NCBI RefSeq assembly: GCF_964204865.1
Contig: NC_135260.1
Coordinates: 14,260,001-14,324,000, forward strand
DNA from: Styela clava
Lineage: Eukaryota
Direction: 5' to 3'
DNA: 64,000 bases
Position numbers and translations under genes: made by a program. The notes under the pieces were generated by a model. It had not been told where the DNA came from, did no database searches, and saw nothing but the letters and a program-made list of their open reading frames with translations. Positions 25,131 to 40,000 of this stretch are shown piece by piece. Numbering within the stretch: the stretch's first letter is position 1; each line of letters starts with the position of its first letter.

Positions 25131-28100
25131 AGGTGGAGACCTTCTTTCCTGGAATATTTCAATGCGCATTCCTGTTAGCTCGGGTTTGAATTGCATAAAA
25201 ATTTATGAGAAAGCGGTGTGCCATGTCTGAAATATGGTAACTGAGTTCTAAAGTTTAAATTGTCTTTGTGTTTGTTTGAGATCCCACGAGGAAGATTGTA
25301 TTATACTAAGAATGTTTCTTCGATTCGGGTGAATTCGCTTCAATTGGACGAGGACGAGATTGATAAAAATCCGACAAGTCATGGGAAGGCAGAATTTAAA
25401 CTGAAAGCGGGTTTTCAATAGACCATCTCACCGACGAACAAATTACTCATACCCATTTACCCCTTGCGCACCCCACTTTGTTACAGCGGGAGATAAAACG
25501 GGTGGCTGTAGAAGAGAATAACATCTACCATTGGATGTCCAAGGGTAACCCATTTCCGCGAGGATACGCCATGAGTTTTGCATGCTACGCGAAAATCCGC
25601 CTCTGTCCTCCAACCGCGACGATACACATTAAGCTCACTTGGAATCTGGCAGAAAATCTTTTTGTGTTTTGAACCACAGTGCTTAGTTAGTGCTTGTCAA
25701 AAAAATTTGAAATTTTTAAATAAAAACATTAAAACCGTCATGGTGTTGGCAACGTACGCATTGGAGAACGGCGCTGAGTCCATTCTAAAACAATGACGTC
25801 ACAGCTGTCTAAATATTACGTTTGACTAATAATCCAAAGAACATTTTAGGCAAATATTTTCGCTATGATCACCCTCAAACAAACTGACCATATGGATACA
25901 AATTAATTAAAATGTCTTGAATATCTTTTGTTCGGCTAAGCATGGGTCATAAATCAGTCTCGTCTTACAAAGCACGCATTACCTACAACCCAAGCTCGAC
26001 CAAACGTGTACACTGATAGACAGAATATACGGAACTTTCCGACTTGACTTCCGAAAACGTCATATTTGTCTGTCAACCGCTCGTGAGAGTATGAAAACCA
26101 ACCATGACATTAAAATAACGAATAAATGATAATATTCAATTATGTAACTATGGGATAAATCAAACACTGTTATTACCAGGGATAAAAATAAACGTTGAGT
26201 CACTAGGGCAATGAAGATATTTCAATCCAAAAATACTGCTATTAAGGATTTTTTTATAAGCTATACGCACAATACTGTTGTAGTACTCGGAATACCACAA
26301 AGATACTGAATATGGAAAATATATTTATCTGAGAGTTTTTGTAGATTTAAATTGAAAATTTGATCATATTCATAATAAAAACCCTGTTAATTTAACAAGT
26401 ATATTTATGTAGTATGGTTCTTCGGACAATTAAATTTTGTCAGAGAAGGCAAATGAATTTAAAACAATATACCTTGTTCTTACAAATGCGTACGACATCC
26501 TTAGAAACACATATCAGACAACTAAATTTCACTAGAATTTTAAACAATAAAAACACCGGCATAAATTGTAATGCAAGTTAAAGTTGCGTTAATGTTTTGC
26601 CTGGGTTGTCGAAATCCTACAAATTTAGTTCCAAATATGAGTTGTCTGCAAAATCGCAATGTAGACTAATAACAATTGTTAAGACTGCTATGTTAAGTTC
26701 CACGCAATTTGTGCTTTAAGATCTTAAAATTTATTGTTTTAATGTGGCTAGATATGGATTTCGAAATTATGATAACTCTGGCATTTTATTACCTGTAAAC
26801 TAAACAACATCTAAAAATAATTTACTATTGTAAGACTTATTTTATATTTTAATTATAAATTTGTGCGAACAATTTATTTATTTATTTTCTTATTTGTCAA
26901 AAGGATTTATTCCAAAGGCTACATTACATTCATAGTCAGTCCTGCATAAAAAGATCGAGATTCGCATCAAAATGAAATTATTGCGGCTTAAGTTCATGTG
27001 CTCCAATTCGGATTATTTATCCCCATGACGACCCCTAAAATCAATTTCTGTCTGGAACAGTCTCTAGAAGGCGTGAAAATATTTTTCTATAAAATCGATG
27101 TAAATAAAATGTGACAATGTTTTGAATCAGAATAATAAAGTTATGAAACAAAAATTGATGTAAAAACACTAAAATATGAAAAAATATGGTTTATATTTTA
27201 TTTCACTTAAAAAAAGAATAGAATAATGCCCATTTTTTGTACCTGGTCTTTTGGGGCCTACGCATAAACTTGCTTTTGTTGAACATTTTTTCCAAAATGT
27301 CCAGTAGATGACGTAGTCTTGTCTCGGCTCAGGTAAATTTACGTTCTTAGGAGATTTTCTATGTACCTCAAAATTCTTGTTATTATACAGCATTTCTCAA
27401 TGTATCATGTCTTTATGTTCACTCAACTCCCTTGAACATGCAGACTGTTTTCAATGTTGAGCTTCAGTCTTGTAATCACAACACTACTTTCTTGAATCAG
27501 TGCTGTAAAAACCTGTCTACCATCCTACGCCTCATTTGTCAAGTTCAATACCATTTCTGTCAGTTTTTCGTCCCCCGGGAAGCGTTCACTCACACTATAC
27601 CTTGCCAACCATGTGTCAATCATAAACCGAACATTAATGTATACGGATCTTTGGCATGTACTTAGTATATCATAGGTTTGATTGAGAAAGTATTTTACCC
27701 CGGTAGCGGGGCTTTATTTTACTAAAAATTGCTTTCCATGCCCTTAACTTGAACTTCGTCTTTGTGTGTTTTGAGGAATAACTCAATTACAACAAATTAT
27801 ACTAAACATCAAAATATTTGGCAATATGTCAATTTTATTCTGTGTTGATTCTATCAAGCATTTTATCCTTTCATTATTGACAAAAAAAAGAGTTTTTTTT
27901 TTCATTCAGTTTTTCTCCCCTTGTTAAAAATAAGCATTAGATGCAAATACAGTATATCTAAACCACCGCGAGTGATACAGAATTCCCAATATAGTTCGTT
28001 CGCAATAACACAGAAGTAATATACCTAGCTTACAATCAAACTAACAAACAACAAGTCAAAACTGTTTCATCTTATTCTTCTCACATTGGTAGAATACTCA

Positions 28101-31100
28101 CATGAACCGTTGGTACTTCGGTATTTATTTTAAACGTCATACCGTCCTATCGATCAGTGGTTGTTAAAATGTTTGTTTATAAACTTGCATCCTTTTGAAC
28201 CTGATTTTACCTTCGTGAATGGAAGTTCATCTTGTCTGAATTACGATTGCGAGTTCGTGTAGAAAATAATATATTATGTAGGCTTAGAGCGTCAAATGAG
28301 AAAGAAGTTGACCTTCGCTCAAATACATAAATAAACGATTTGAATGTTCTTACCACTAAATATGCTTTCTCCCTCTCTCTCAAATGTTCACCATTTTGCA
28401 TTTGGTTACAAAGTTCTATGTAACTTCAGTCACAATGCTAATTAACTTTCTTCTATACTGAAGCGTGACTGCGCATAAATTAGAGTCATCATTTATTTAT
28501 CAGGAAAATTGTGCACTGCGACCTCTGGTCAATTGATACAATTTTAATGCAATTTGAGTCCAACATTTATTATATGTGAGGCAGTTTACATCGAATTTGT
28601 AACCTTAGTATGCAAAATATTAAATGTATTGAATATACCATACACAATATCAAGTTGATATCTCTCTCTTTTTCTCTGTATCTGATCAAAACTTTTCGTC
28701 CATGTTCTAATTCAAAATGCTTCTTAATTAAGCATGGTAGGCCTCATAAGAGCTTTGGAAAATTTGTACCTTCAGCTGAAGACTTTACCTTGAGACCAAA
28801 TTTAATTCAGAAATATTTTATAGATGATAGAATATTTTAGTCATCAGTTAGTAAATAGAATTCTATACTTCTATTCGCCCTATCAATATAAAAAAGTATC
28901 TGTCTATCAATATCATACTTCCAACCACGATATAGAGACCATGCATCCTAATCCACCTAAATCCTGCAAATGATACGACTTTTGGCTAAGTTATACCCTT
29001 ATCACGATGAAAATGTAAATCAGTGTCAGCGACGACGTCTGCTTTTAGATAAATTACGGAATATAAGACTTTCAAGTCGGTAACATTACATGATATGTCC
29101 GATCATTATCATCTATGAGTCCGCTTAACGAACTTTCAATATCAAAACAATTCCGAAATGACCCACTCAAAATGACCATTTTTGTGTCCCATTTATGCTT
29201 GTCCAAATAAACAAAGAAGCAATTGAAATTTTGTGCCTAAGATTAATATCAATACCTCGGTTAAACACAGATCATATTTAAATAAAGCTCTACAGTCTCT
29301 ATTTATCTACGGCTCACACATAATAAGCAATTTAAAAGTTTTCTTCACAAAATGTATCCTATTTAGAACAAGGCTTGGCGCCTCGTTACCTTCCTATAAC
29401 CTCTTTGAAAATATAAAAATCGTCATAATATAGCACATTCCCGAGAGCGAATATACCTAACTACCTACAGTTACATTTTTATGATAATTTATAGCGCAAT
29501 TTACGATCGCCATTAATTATTATTGGCACTATTGAGTCGCACTAGACGCCACGAAATTTATTTATATCCGTAGTCAGCAATGGTGATGTGTCGACTGAAA
29601 TTATTTTAATTTCAAATGCTTGAATAATACTTTGTTTATAATTCAAATAACAAATATATTGTGCAATGCTTCTATAGGTAATAAAATACAAGTTGGGATT
29701 CGAAAACTATTAAATCTTCCAAATAAACTTTTGATTGAGATTTTTGTTTGCAGAATTTCATTTTTCATTGCTTTGATGACGCATATTTCGGGTGCAAAAA
29801 CTAATAAATCACATTCTATTTTTTGTACTTTTCCATTGTGTCGTCTATTTTGTAAATTCGACTTTTCCAGGTATTTTTTAACGAAAGCGTCAAAACAAAA
29901 CAACTTTAAACCGGTACTTTGTTACTACTTTTATCCCCGTATAGATTAGCTGTGATGCTTAATTAGAAAATGAGAGAAAACATTTCCGATTTTTCGTCAA
30001 CATTAACCAATTGTATGAAGAATTCTTTTAGATCACCAAAGTAAGTAAAATGAAATGAAAGGATTTTATACCGCTACAGGTAAGCTAGATCCAATTTGAC
30101 CCAAATAGACGTGGGGCTAATTTAGGGGTAGCTTATACAAAAGGCTTAGAGTTACTTATTAGTATTAGTTACTGGGGGAAAAACAGGTGGGAGTTGGGGC
30201 GCTTTTACGGAATTAGTGAAGTGAAAATTACCCCGTTTTATGTTTATATATAATCATGTAGGGACGCTAATTAAACCGAGTCAAAAAACTTGATTTATGC
30301 GCTGGTTATGTTAGAGTGATCATGATGCGAATTGCATATAGCTTGATAATTGATAATGAACTTCTTTACACCTAAACATGGGTTAGTTTACCCAACGTCT
30401 TTACTTCGATCAATCTTACAAAATAATTGACCTCCTGCCTCGACGTTCGTTATTCGCTGAGCAAACATCTTCAAATCACGTTTCTTTTTTGTGCTTTATA
30501 TTTTTCATCCATATAAAAATCTTTGTTTTCGAATTTTTGATTTATTATCAGAGGAAACCCGGCGGTCAAAAATTCGCACAATGTACACACGAAAAGGGCA
30601 AACATTTCATACGTTTTTTTTTATATACACTGAGTTTATCAAAAAATTGTAAAAATTTGTTAAAAAATTAGACGATACTAAAGAGACTAATTTGTTCAAA
30701 TATTTCACAACGTAAGGTTTCTGGAATTTCTATTTTCAAACGAAAATGTGATCGTTCGAGGAAAGTAGGAGGTCATTGAGAAAGGCTTTGGCGTCGCCAT
30801 TTTGAAAAAATTATCCAAGTTTGAATGAATACAAATGAAGCTTCATTTTACGATTAAATTGAATATTTCTAATTTCTATACAAAGTCAGAACAAAGATTA
30901 AAAAAAAGGCTTTGTGGTGCAATAATAAATTTTGTAACTGGCATCATCCTAGAGTATAATTATATATGAATTTTATCTTCAAATATTGGAACGAATTACT
31001 ACATAATGAATATTTTTGTATATTTAGCCTAAATTATCAAACTCAAAAAAGAAATATAACAAACTTTATCAGGCAAACAATTTTAATAAAACAAATATTT

Positions 31101-34100
31101 GGAAGATAAACAGCTAAAAATTCATTTTCCTATTCGTAATACTCTTATCGTTCGTTCTGTGATAATGTGACCCATTTTTATTCCGGAGACAAACAGATTT
31201 CGTCGTTTCTAAATTTTCCCACGCAGCTTCATGTGGAAATTGTTAGACTATGTCGTTGTCATTCATGATACTAATTTAAGATACTAATCAAACAGGAATC
31301 AGTGTTCATGTGGATCCACGTTTGATCTTGTAGAATCGAGACCATTTCAAACGGGTATAAATAAATACATTTTATTGGAAAATTCTTTCTGGATAATTTC
31401 CCATTTTGATGCACACTGAACATGTACTAATAATCAGTATATTTTACGAAAATCGCTTATGTGATTGAAAGTAGTTCAAGTCCTATGTGGTCGCCAATCT
31501 CAAATTAAATTTACCGAGAATTGTCTTTAGCCCACAGTAACAAATTGGGCTGTCATTTTGGTCTGGTTTGAGTCTACATACATTCAGGTATCTGTATTTA
31601 TCGTCGTCAATCTCAAATGATGAAGGGTCGCGAATCTATCAAATTGTTTTGTTATTGATTTTGCTTACTTGACCCGCATATGATATCAGTCAACCTCAAG
31701 ATTTTATACTTGGGTTTGGTTTTTGAAACAGGTTCCAATTTTAACGGAGCCGTTTTAGACCAGGATTGCATTGCAAATACTGGTCCCCTCTGTCCATAAG
31801 GCTTCATAGTAGTGTCAATTGCCAGCATTAGGATGCATTATCTATCAACTCAGTTATGCAGCTCGCTTGAAGTTGAATCATCTGTGATACTAATAATTCC
31901 ATCTGGTGCTGAGAATGTAATTGTTAATAATGCAAGAAGGTGCGTTAGTTCTCTTACTGACCATTTTATTGCACTTTTCGCAATTAGAACTCTTCCCTAC
32001 GTGAAGTTATATTGCAATATTAATGTTGACAAACGAGAGTTCGTACGTCAAGTGGATTGATTGCAACAAATTCAAGAAGTCGTGGAATAGGCCGTTACTA
32101 CCATTACGTACAAGTGATGAAACTTTATTGTTGTTGTTTTAAATGGGCGGCAATGTTTTTGTTTTTCTCTCGCGCAGAATTCATAATTAAACAATATGTG
32201 TACACAAAAGGTTACTGGAATATCGTGAACCAGACGACCCACGCGTTTGGATATTCTAATTGTAGTGGAATAAAAGGTTAAACTGCTGATAAAGTGATTC
32301 ATTTACCTTTAATGTCTTTGTTGTCATTTGTTTATTAATAAATGAGTTCACTCCTTTAGTGCAGAAAATGCTTTGATATATTATCAATAACAAAACAACC
32401 TTATTCATTCGATTTCTACTGCTAGTGCAAATCGAATTTCTCAAACCGTTATAAAGAAGATCTAAAATTGTTGTATGTATGTGAGTTGTATGTGAGTTCG
32501 TGTCATCTGCTCATATTGCAAATAGTCACACAACGTTGAAATCGATAAACGAAGCTTTTTACCCGATGGTATCAGAAAACGTTTGACAAATTATGGTATT
32601 TGCTGTTTTTATGATAGTGCAATAAATCTGAATAACGTTATGACGTATGTATTCAAGTTCAAAAGCAAACTTGAGACACGAATTTGAAGATTAAATATCA
32701 TAGATTATGAATTACGTAATTTTTCTAATCTTTCAATAATCAGTCTGTTCTAATTTAATCATAAAAACAAATATCCATCAAGTATTTTACTCATAGGCCA
32801 CGTTGGATATTTACCAAAAATGCTTTTATGCGATTTGCACGTGATGAAATATCCAACTTCGTTATATGATAAAAATCGAAAGGAATATAAACGTCCTTAA
32901 AATTGTCAATCACATTTTGGGGATAAATTTCTGACTTAGAGTCCTTTTATTTGAGTAATTAAATCTTTTGCTCATTGTGACGAGATTAGAATAAAATTTT
33001 AGTTTTATTTTGACAAAATATATTAACGTCTGTGATAACAAGGAATATGCAAATTTTCAAATATGGAGTGACGAAAAAATAAAAAAAATAAGCCCGCACA
33101 AGGGAAAGGTCCTATTAGAAATCATCAGCATTGTGGACTGATAGGGCAAACAGCTAGATTATCAGTCCAACTGCTAACATTTTTAACGTCATTTTTGCCC
33201 AACATTTTGTACAAAGTATATCGAATTGGAGAAACTATGCCCAACCATAAAAATCGATCCCTACATTCACCTATTTTGCGTGTAGATCTTTATATGTAAC
33301 TAAAATATAATTGTCGTTGCAAGGGTTAAATGAAAAGTGCAACCAAGATATACTCACGATACGATATAACCCTCAGCAATCAAATATCTTACGTAACTTT
33401 CTTGATATCTGAGCACGGAAAAGGGTATTCTGTTTTGTTTTGATTGAAATATGAAACCACTTAATCATTTTTATTCCTATCATTTTGATTAATATATTGC
33501 AATGTGTAAGGTAGCATACGTTTGAGTGTTTGTCCATTACTATTGTCCACTAACAGTCGATTGTCCGCGCGATTGGTCATCTTGGTTGGTCAAGAATGGA
33601 ACGTGTAAAAACTGATGTCGGTCGCTCGAGATCTTCGACTGGTCGAGCGGTACAGGTATGGATAAATAGACTAGAGGGCTTTGTTTGCGGTTTGTGTGGT
33701 TATCTTTAGAAATTATATTCATCACTTAACGTCTGTTTGGAATCCATCGCTCTACAAGCACGTTTGTGAATTGGAGTAGGTCACTCTTGTATAAATGATA
33801 TTTTAATCGGAAGTGGTTATCAATGCACTCAAGTTGACTCTGTTATTAGCAAAAACGTTCGTTTATATATGACCACTGTCTACTCTAGGTTTTTACCATG
33901 AAAAGGTATTTCATCGCTTTCGTGGCATAGTTTGCGTTTGTGAAAAATGTCCAATTTATCTTGCTTAAATGATTCGTTTAACGCTCGAACAGGGTCGGAT
34001 TTGTAACCACTATCCATCAAAGCCACCATGGAATGATATCTATGTCATTCAAGTGTCCTACGTGCCCCAAACAAAATTCGCTATAGCACACATATCCTTA

Positions 34101-35259
34101 TTATTGTTGATTACAATCACATGTTGATCCTCACGCTGCATATGGTAAAATTAACGCTGCGGTAATTTATCAAGTAAAATATGAAGGGACACTTTTGTGC
34201 TGAGTAGAGCACACAGATAAAACGTATTGCTTCTTATCTATATTTATATTGCTAATATAACGATAAAACCTCTCGCATAGCCGTTATATAGAATATCATG
34301 ACACGATGCATTAGAGTATTTACAAATTTGGGATTAATTCAGTGAAATTTTCACCATCAAAATTTATGTAAAGAAATGTTCTTTATTAATGATTTAAACG
34401 TTCGGGTCTAGCTAGGAGTAAAAATTGATCCGTGATCGACATCGCCAGAGAGATGCAACATGAAACGCAACGAAATTTACAAAATTGGATTGATGTTGCA
34501 GTTCCATTGGAGTACTATTTGTCCTCAAAATTCGTTTTTATGACTAGGATTTCTTTTTTATTTAACAAATTATTTGCTTTTAGCTTCATTTCCTTTAAAA
34601 GAGTAATTCAGAATACAGTATTGTAATTTGCAAAAAAAAAACAGTATCGTTCCGCGATAGATCACGAAGGTGCTTGTTAAGTTGTCTATTTATTAACAAT
34701 TAATGAATTATTACAACGACCTTTGAAGTTCTTGATAATTACATGTTACTCATAGATCACCCGAAGGGCATATTAATTTGAATTGATATGGCGACGCCCT
34801 GGGTGTTTGGTTAAATAAATTATTATTTAATTGAGTAGTGTTAGTTCTATATTATTTACGGTTAGAAAAATTGTACGTTTGATTTTTGTTCAAAGTTTAT
34901 TTGAAAATTCCGTAACCAGTTATTATGTAAAAATGATGCATTTATGTCGTATGTGTACTTTATAAATTTCGTGAACCCGAGATCAAATGATCTGCTTTAT
35001 ATTAGAAATCAAAAAATGGAAATTCCAATATAATCGTGACAACTTAGATTCAAGTGAATATTAACTTATAATGCTTTTAAAACGTATTTGCTGAATATTA
35101 GCGTTCACAATTATCTCATAATGTAAAGCGAATAATTCAAATAGTTTGGTTTGATAAAGCGGTTAGATTACTTTATGAGTAAAAATTCAAACATATAGAA
35201 GTAGGTTACTTTTAGAAAAACACAAATAATAATCTAGAATTTCACAGAAATTTACATAT

Positions 35260-37025
35260 CTAATATGAGCACAGACAGAGAGCAACTTCAAAGCGATTCG
35301 TCGATGATGAATGTATGAAAATTTTGTATATCGGAGAATGTAATAATGATTATATTCTAGTTGTAGTCACAGACTTTTTTAAAATTGTCGACAATATGTG
35401 TCATCTCATCAAATTTTGCGACGGAAACCAGGGTGCCAAATTGGTCATTAATGATCAAACATGCCATATTTGGGAATTAATAATTTGGGCCAAATTGATA
35501 TTTATTTTACTCTATAAATTATACTAGATATAACAAAAGAATCATATATTTTATCTAATGACGATGTTTATTTTTCGTGATTTTTTGGACAAATTTCAAT
35601 ATTGAAGATAAAGTGAATGTGTCGTATTCATCAGAATATTTTAAAAGGAGAAATAAAAAGTAAACAACGGAACAAGCAATGCACAAATTAATATTTAGAG
35701 AAAAAAGTTACATTCTTGAGTCAGGGTCAAAAGTTGAAATGGCTGTTAGGGTAAGTAAGTCTTAAATAATGGGTGTATAATATTTTTCTTTTGACATATT
35801 TAATTGTAATATATGATGATTGCTGAAAATGTCTCTCGCAAAAAAACAAGACATTTTATAATCGTTCGTTATTGTTTTTTACACTGAAGCACTATTTTTC
35901 GTTGAATAGGGGCCCATATCACCACATTGAAGGTTAACCATTGGCCACCCATTTTACAGGTTCCAAGTTTTACTAATTTTTCTTTGATCTCATTTAGACT
36001 TTTGGTTATATATATATCTGTATTACATCATTAACCAAATAAACATAGAAAAACAATGTCGTCATCCCGCATGTTGAACGTCTTAAAAAATGTATAGAGT
36101 TCTGGTCAGCCAAATATTTACCCTAAAATACAAAGGGTGAAATATATGACACATAATTACAACAAGAAAGACTTAAGACAAAATTATTTTGAATACCATG
36201 TTATCCTGCGTGAGCAGTGAATTTGAATGTCTTTCAATTTCTGCGTTATATCTATCCGGTGTTTGGTGATAGACCAACATCTATTTGTTTTAATGTGTAT
36301 GCAGGCAAAATATTTCTAGCGGAAAAAAACATGAGTATTTGGAGGAAGTGCGAGCCTTTCTAATTCGCGATATCGAAGATTAATTATGAGATAATCTTTA
36401 CGAACGATATTATATATTTAGATTTTGATAAAGGAAATTGAAAAATTAGGTGCAGAATCGACAACGGCTGTACTTTTCTATCAATAGCGAAGCAATCAAG
36501 GCATGTTATACTTAAACATCATGATTTCCCGTTCTAAAATTGATTGTCTAACTCTAAGACAAGTCGACAATCACTCTCGTGACTTCCAAGTGGCAATGCT
36601 TACAGATTATGATTATTTTATCGACCAAAGGAAATTGGAAATATTAAAAAATAGAGGGATGAACAATATTAAATCTTTAAGTCGCCAATTACAACTGAAT
36701 TTCCTTAATATTACAGGATTAATATTGTACATCGGTTTCATCGGTTTGGAAATCGATAAAGAATATTTGAGAAAAATGCTGCCGAAAATTAAAAACAACG
36801 AAATTGATATTTTAATTAAACCATCTTACATAATAGGGGAGGGAATTTATTCACCACGAATATTTGATTATATATATTTTTTAAAACTATACTAATACTA
36901 ATGATGTATTTTAGAGTTAGACAGATCAGAATATGATACTCCGCAAAGACTTGGATGAATTGAACTTTAAACTCGTTAGGTGAGGAGATAAAATTGCATT
37001 AAATGTAAAGATATGAGCATTTATG
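35260..37025 (+). pseudogene. Candidate decayed spliced gene of unknown family
   Basis: Donor GTAAGT at 35751, acceptor TTTTACAG at 35959, a frame running from ATG 36056 through several stops into the 130-aa ORF 36503-36895, branch-like TACTAAT x2 plus acceptor at 36914, donor GTAAGT at 37026. Confidence 0.3.
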
Positions 37026-40000
37026 GTAAGTGACCAGCGTTTGGGTGACAATTATGCCTTCAGCTCTAATACTACAATGAAGAAGATGGGGAATAAAAGG
37101 TTGCACTCGCGACCCATTTTCACCAAACCGATGGAACAGTCTGCTTCGAAATCTAGGCTGCAATCAAAACTAATCACACCGTATATTTAATGATAGTAAA
37201 CAAATATAGACACACAAACAAGTAAACAATCACGTGAGCAGGGCCAACACCGCCTAACTGATTCACGAATCAGCTTTGTATTTTTGTTTGCTGTCGTAGA
37301 AGCGTCATAGTTTTGGCGCGAGTCATCCAGCTAAGAATAAATAAGATAAAAAATAAACAAAAAATATTAATTAAACATTTCAGAATCATACAAAGACGAC
37401 GTCTCCAATTTTTCATAAAGATGTTGAGATTCAAACAAAATGAAAACAAAATATTTTCGTTCAATATTTTAATCTTTCTATAGGCGCCAGTATCACGTCT
37501 TGTTGCGTGGGGCCAGTCATTCAAATATTACCTTATTCCAACTCCTGCTAGGATTTGGCAATGTGTAATGCTTATTCAACTATGAAACATCATATAACTC
37601 AGGTGTTTTCGACACAATAACGTCATTAGTAGGATTTGTCAGGGTTGCCAGATGGGAGGCATATTTTCTGTTTGATTTTTGGCAAAATCTTAACATAAAG
37701 TCAATAGGATCGATAATTAGCGAATCGGATTTTCGTTCCTCCATCGAGTCATATTAGACCAATTGAGCGTGAAAGTATTTTCCGGATCGATTCAAGATTT
37801 ACGACGTGGGAGGGGCAACACCATAAAATTCACAAAGGTGATTTGTGTATCGTATTTACAAATATATCATTATATCGAAAGATTATTATCCATTTCGCAC
37901 TGTTTCTAATTCTAGAAGTAATGTATCGATTTCTTAATCATGGTAATAAGAGCAAATTTGAAAGTTCCGAGTAAGAAACGGGTAAGCACCGTTAGTACTG
38001 GTTTTTGAAATGTGTTTATGTCATTTCTTTGCCCCGAAACTGCTTATTCCTATATATGGCACAGCTCGACGTCATGTTAAGAGACAAGTTTTTAATATAT
38101 TTAATTGATGTAGTTCTCAATATATTCAATCTTAAAACATTGCAACTCGTCTTAATGTGTTTCAACCAAGTCATTTCCAAATTTATCTTTTGGGTAAACA
38201 TACGTTTAAATGTATACATATTGTTTTACCAATTTGAACTTTTTACTATATTTTACTATTAGAAAACTTTATTTACTCTAAGCACGTGTTTAGGTATAGG
38301 TGTATGTACTATGTATACGTATAGGTATGGTATTGAATGTATAATTCAATGTGATCATTTGAGTTGGTTATATTTGAAGCAAGGCTGAATTATGGTTATT
38401 ATGAAAATATTCCTTTTTCGACATACTTCATACGATGCTTTGTGTATCATAGAATCGCATAATTCTCTTAATTAAAAATTAGGCCAAAATAGTTACTTCC
38501 CAACCCAAAAATATAAAGATTCGAGAAATATCCATAAAATCATATTATCTTGTCAAGCTGAAGAGATAGATATCTTGAAGTCAAGTTTGTATGGGCAAAA
38601 TTCTAAGTCAGGCATTGTGGCAACTGTAAGTGAGATTAGTTAAATTATAATAAAAGTGACAAAAGCCTAGATTGCCCTTTATTTCTAATTCAAGGAAAGG
38701 TGTAAATTGAAAGTATGCCTCGGTCGTATATTTAAAATTGCAGTGGCCCTAATGCGATGCACACATCTGATTGATGAATGAAAATTAAACAATACCGAAA
38801 AGTGCTAATTCTAAGCCTTAGCGCACGTGTGTGCTTTTTAGTGAATGTCGTTGGTATGATGTCGCACCTATATCGACGAAAGTTCTCACTTTCTTCGGTA
38901 TGAATTGTCCAAACATGAACCGCTTCGACTTCTGGACACGGAACAAATTCACGATTAACGCGCGGTGTTACGTAAAACTCTGCGGGTGAACCAATAAACA
39001 AACAATAATTAATCCAATTAATATTAAATATTGTGTCACTAAATTGTTAATGAATCCAATTCACGGAATTCGATTTTGTATGTGATTACCACAATCCATC
39101 CCCGGTCAGCCATCCGCATTTTAACGAGCAAACAAACCCTCCGTCGCAAACAGCCAAGGAAAAAAAATTAGAAACCAACACATCTTGTCGATGATGTAAA
39201 ATTCATGCAAGCCGTTTTAAATATGACCCAAAAGAGCATATATGGTTATGCGAACGGCAACTCCGATTTCAAATTGAATTAAATGTGTCGTTACGACGTT
39301 ATAATTATCACGATTACTACAAATGAAGTAAAACAAATACAGAAGCCTAATTATTGTTTGTTTTCTCCAATGTCAAATACTTAACAGCTTCCGATTTTAA
39401 ACTTGAAGGATGACTAACACGTCGCGTGATGGAAGAGAACTTCGCTTTAACATCAGTTCAACGAGCGGCACATCATTGCTTAGTGAACGAAAAAATACAG
39501 AATTATGCAAAAGCTTGTAAATTAAGAGAAGAAAACCCATTAACAAAATATATGACGAATTCGTGCCTCTGAAAATATATCCTATCCAACTTTATGTAGA
39601 ACAAATCGAATAACAATTTCAAAATGAAAGAATCAAGAACTGTCCTGTAACATTTTTTATTTTAAGTTTATTGCATCGGATGTCTGTTTCAATTCATTCC
39701 AGTAAATCGATATGGTGAACGATTACATGACAAAAGCAGAAATCTCACGAACCCAAACGGCTTCAGTTTCAGTACTTCATACTTATTAGAATAAAAATAC
39801 AAAGAAAATGCTATAAATAAGCTAAATGATCCTTGCTTGGACTATATGGCTTCCATTCTAAAGATATGCACAAAATGCCAACAAAATAAAACTTCTAGCA
39901 TTGATGCTACCAAGGTAATGAAAACTGCATAGCTGCACACGATCAAGTAAGAAATGTTGACGAATGCACCATACAGTGTTGTTTTCTATGGTCCATTTCT

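Noticed and set aside
27200-27780. Coding-like minus-strand stretch (WLARYSVSERFPGDEKL...)
   Set aside because: Multiple stops, no recognisable family or splice structure.
37640-37660. CAGGGTTGCCAGAT hAT-like terminus (similar lone ends near 12415, 55293, 57211)
   Set aside because: Single ends without a partner TIR or TSD.
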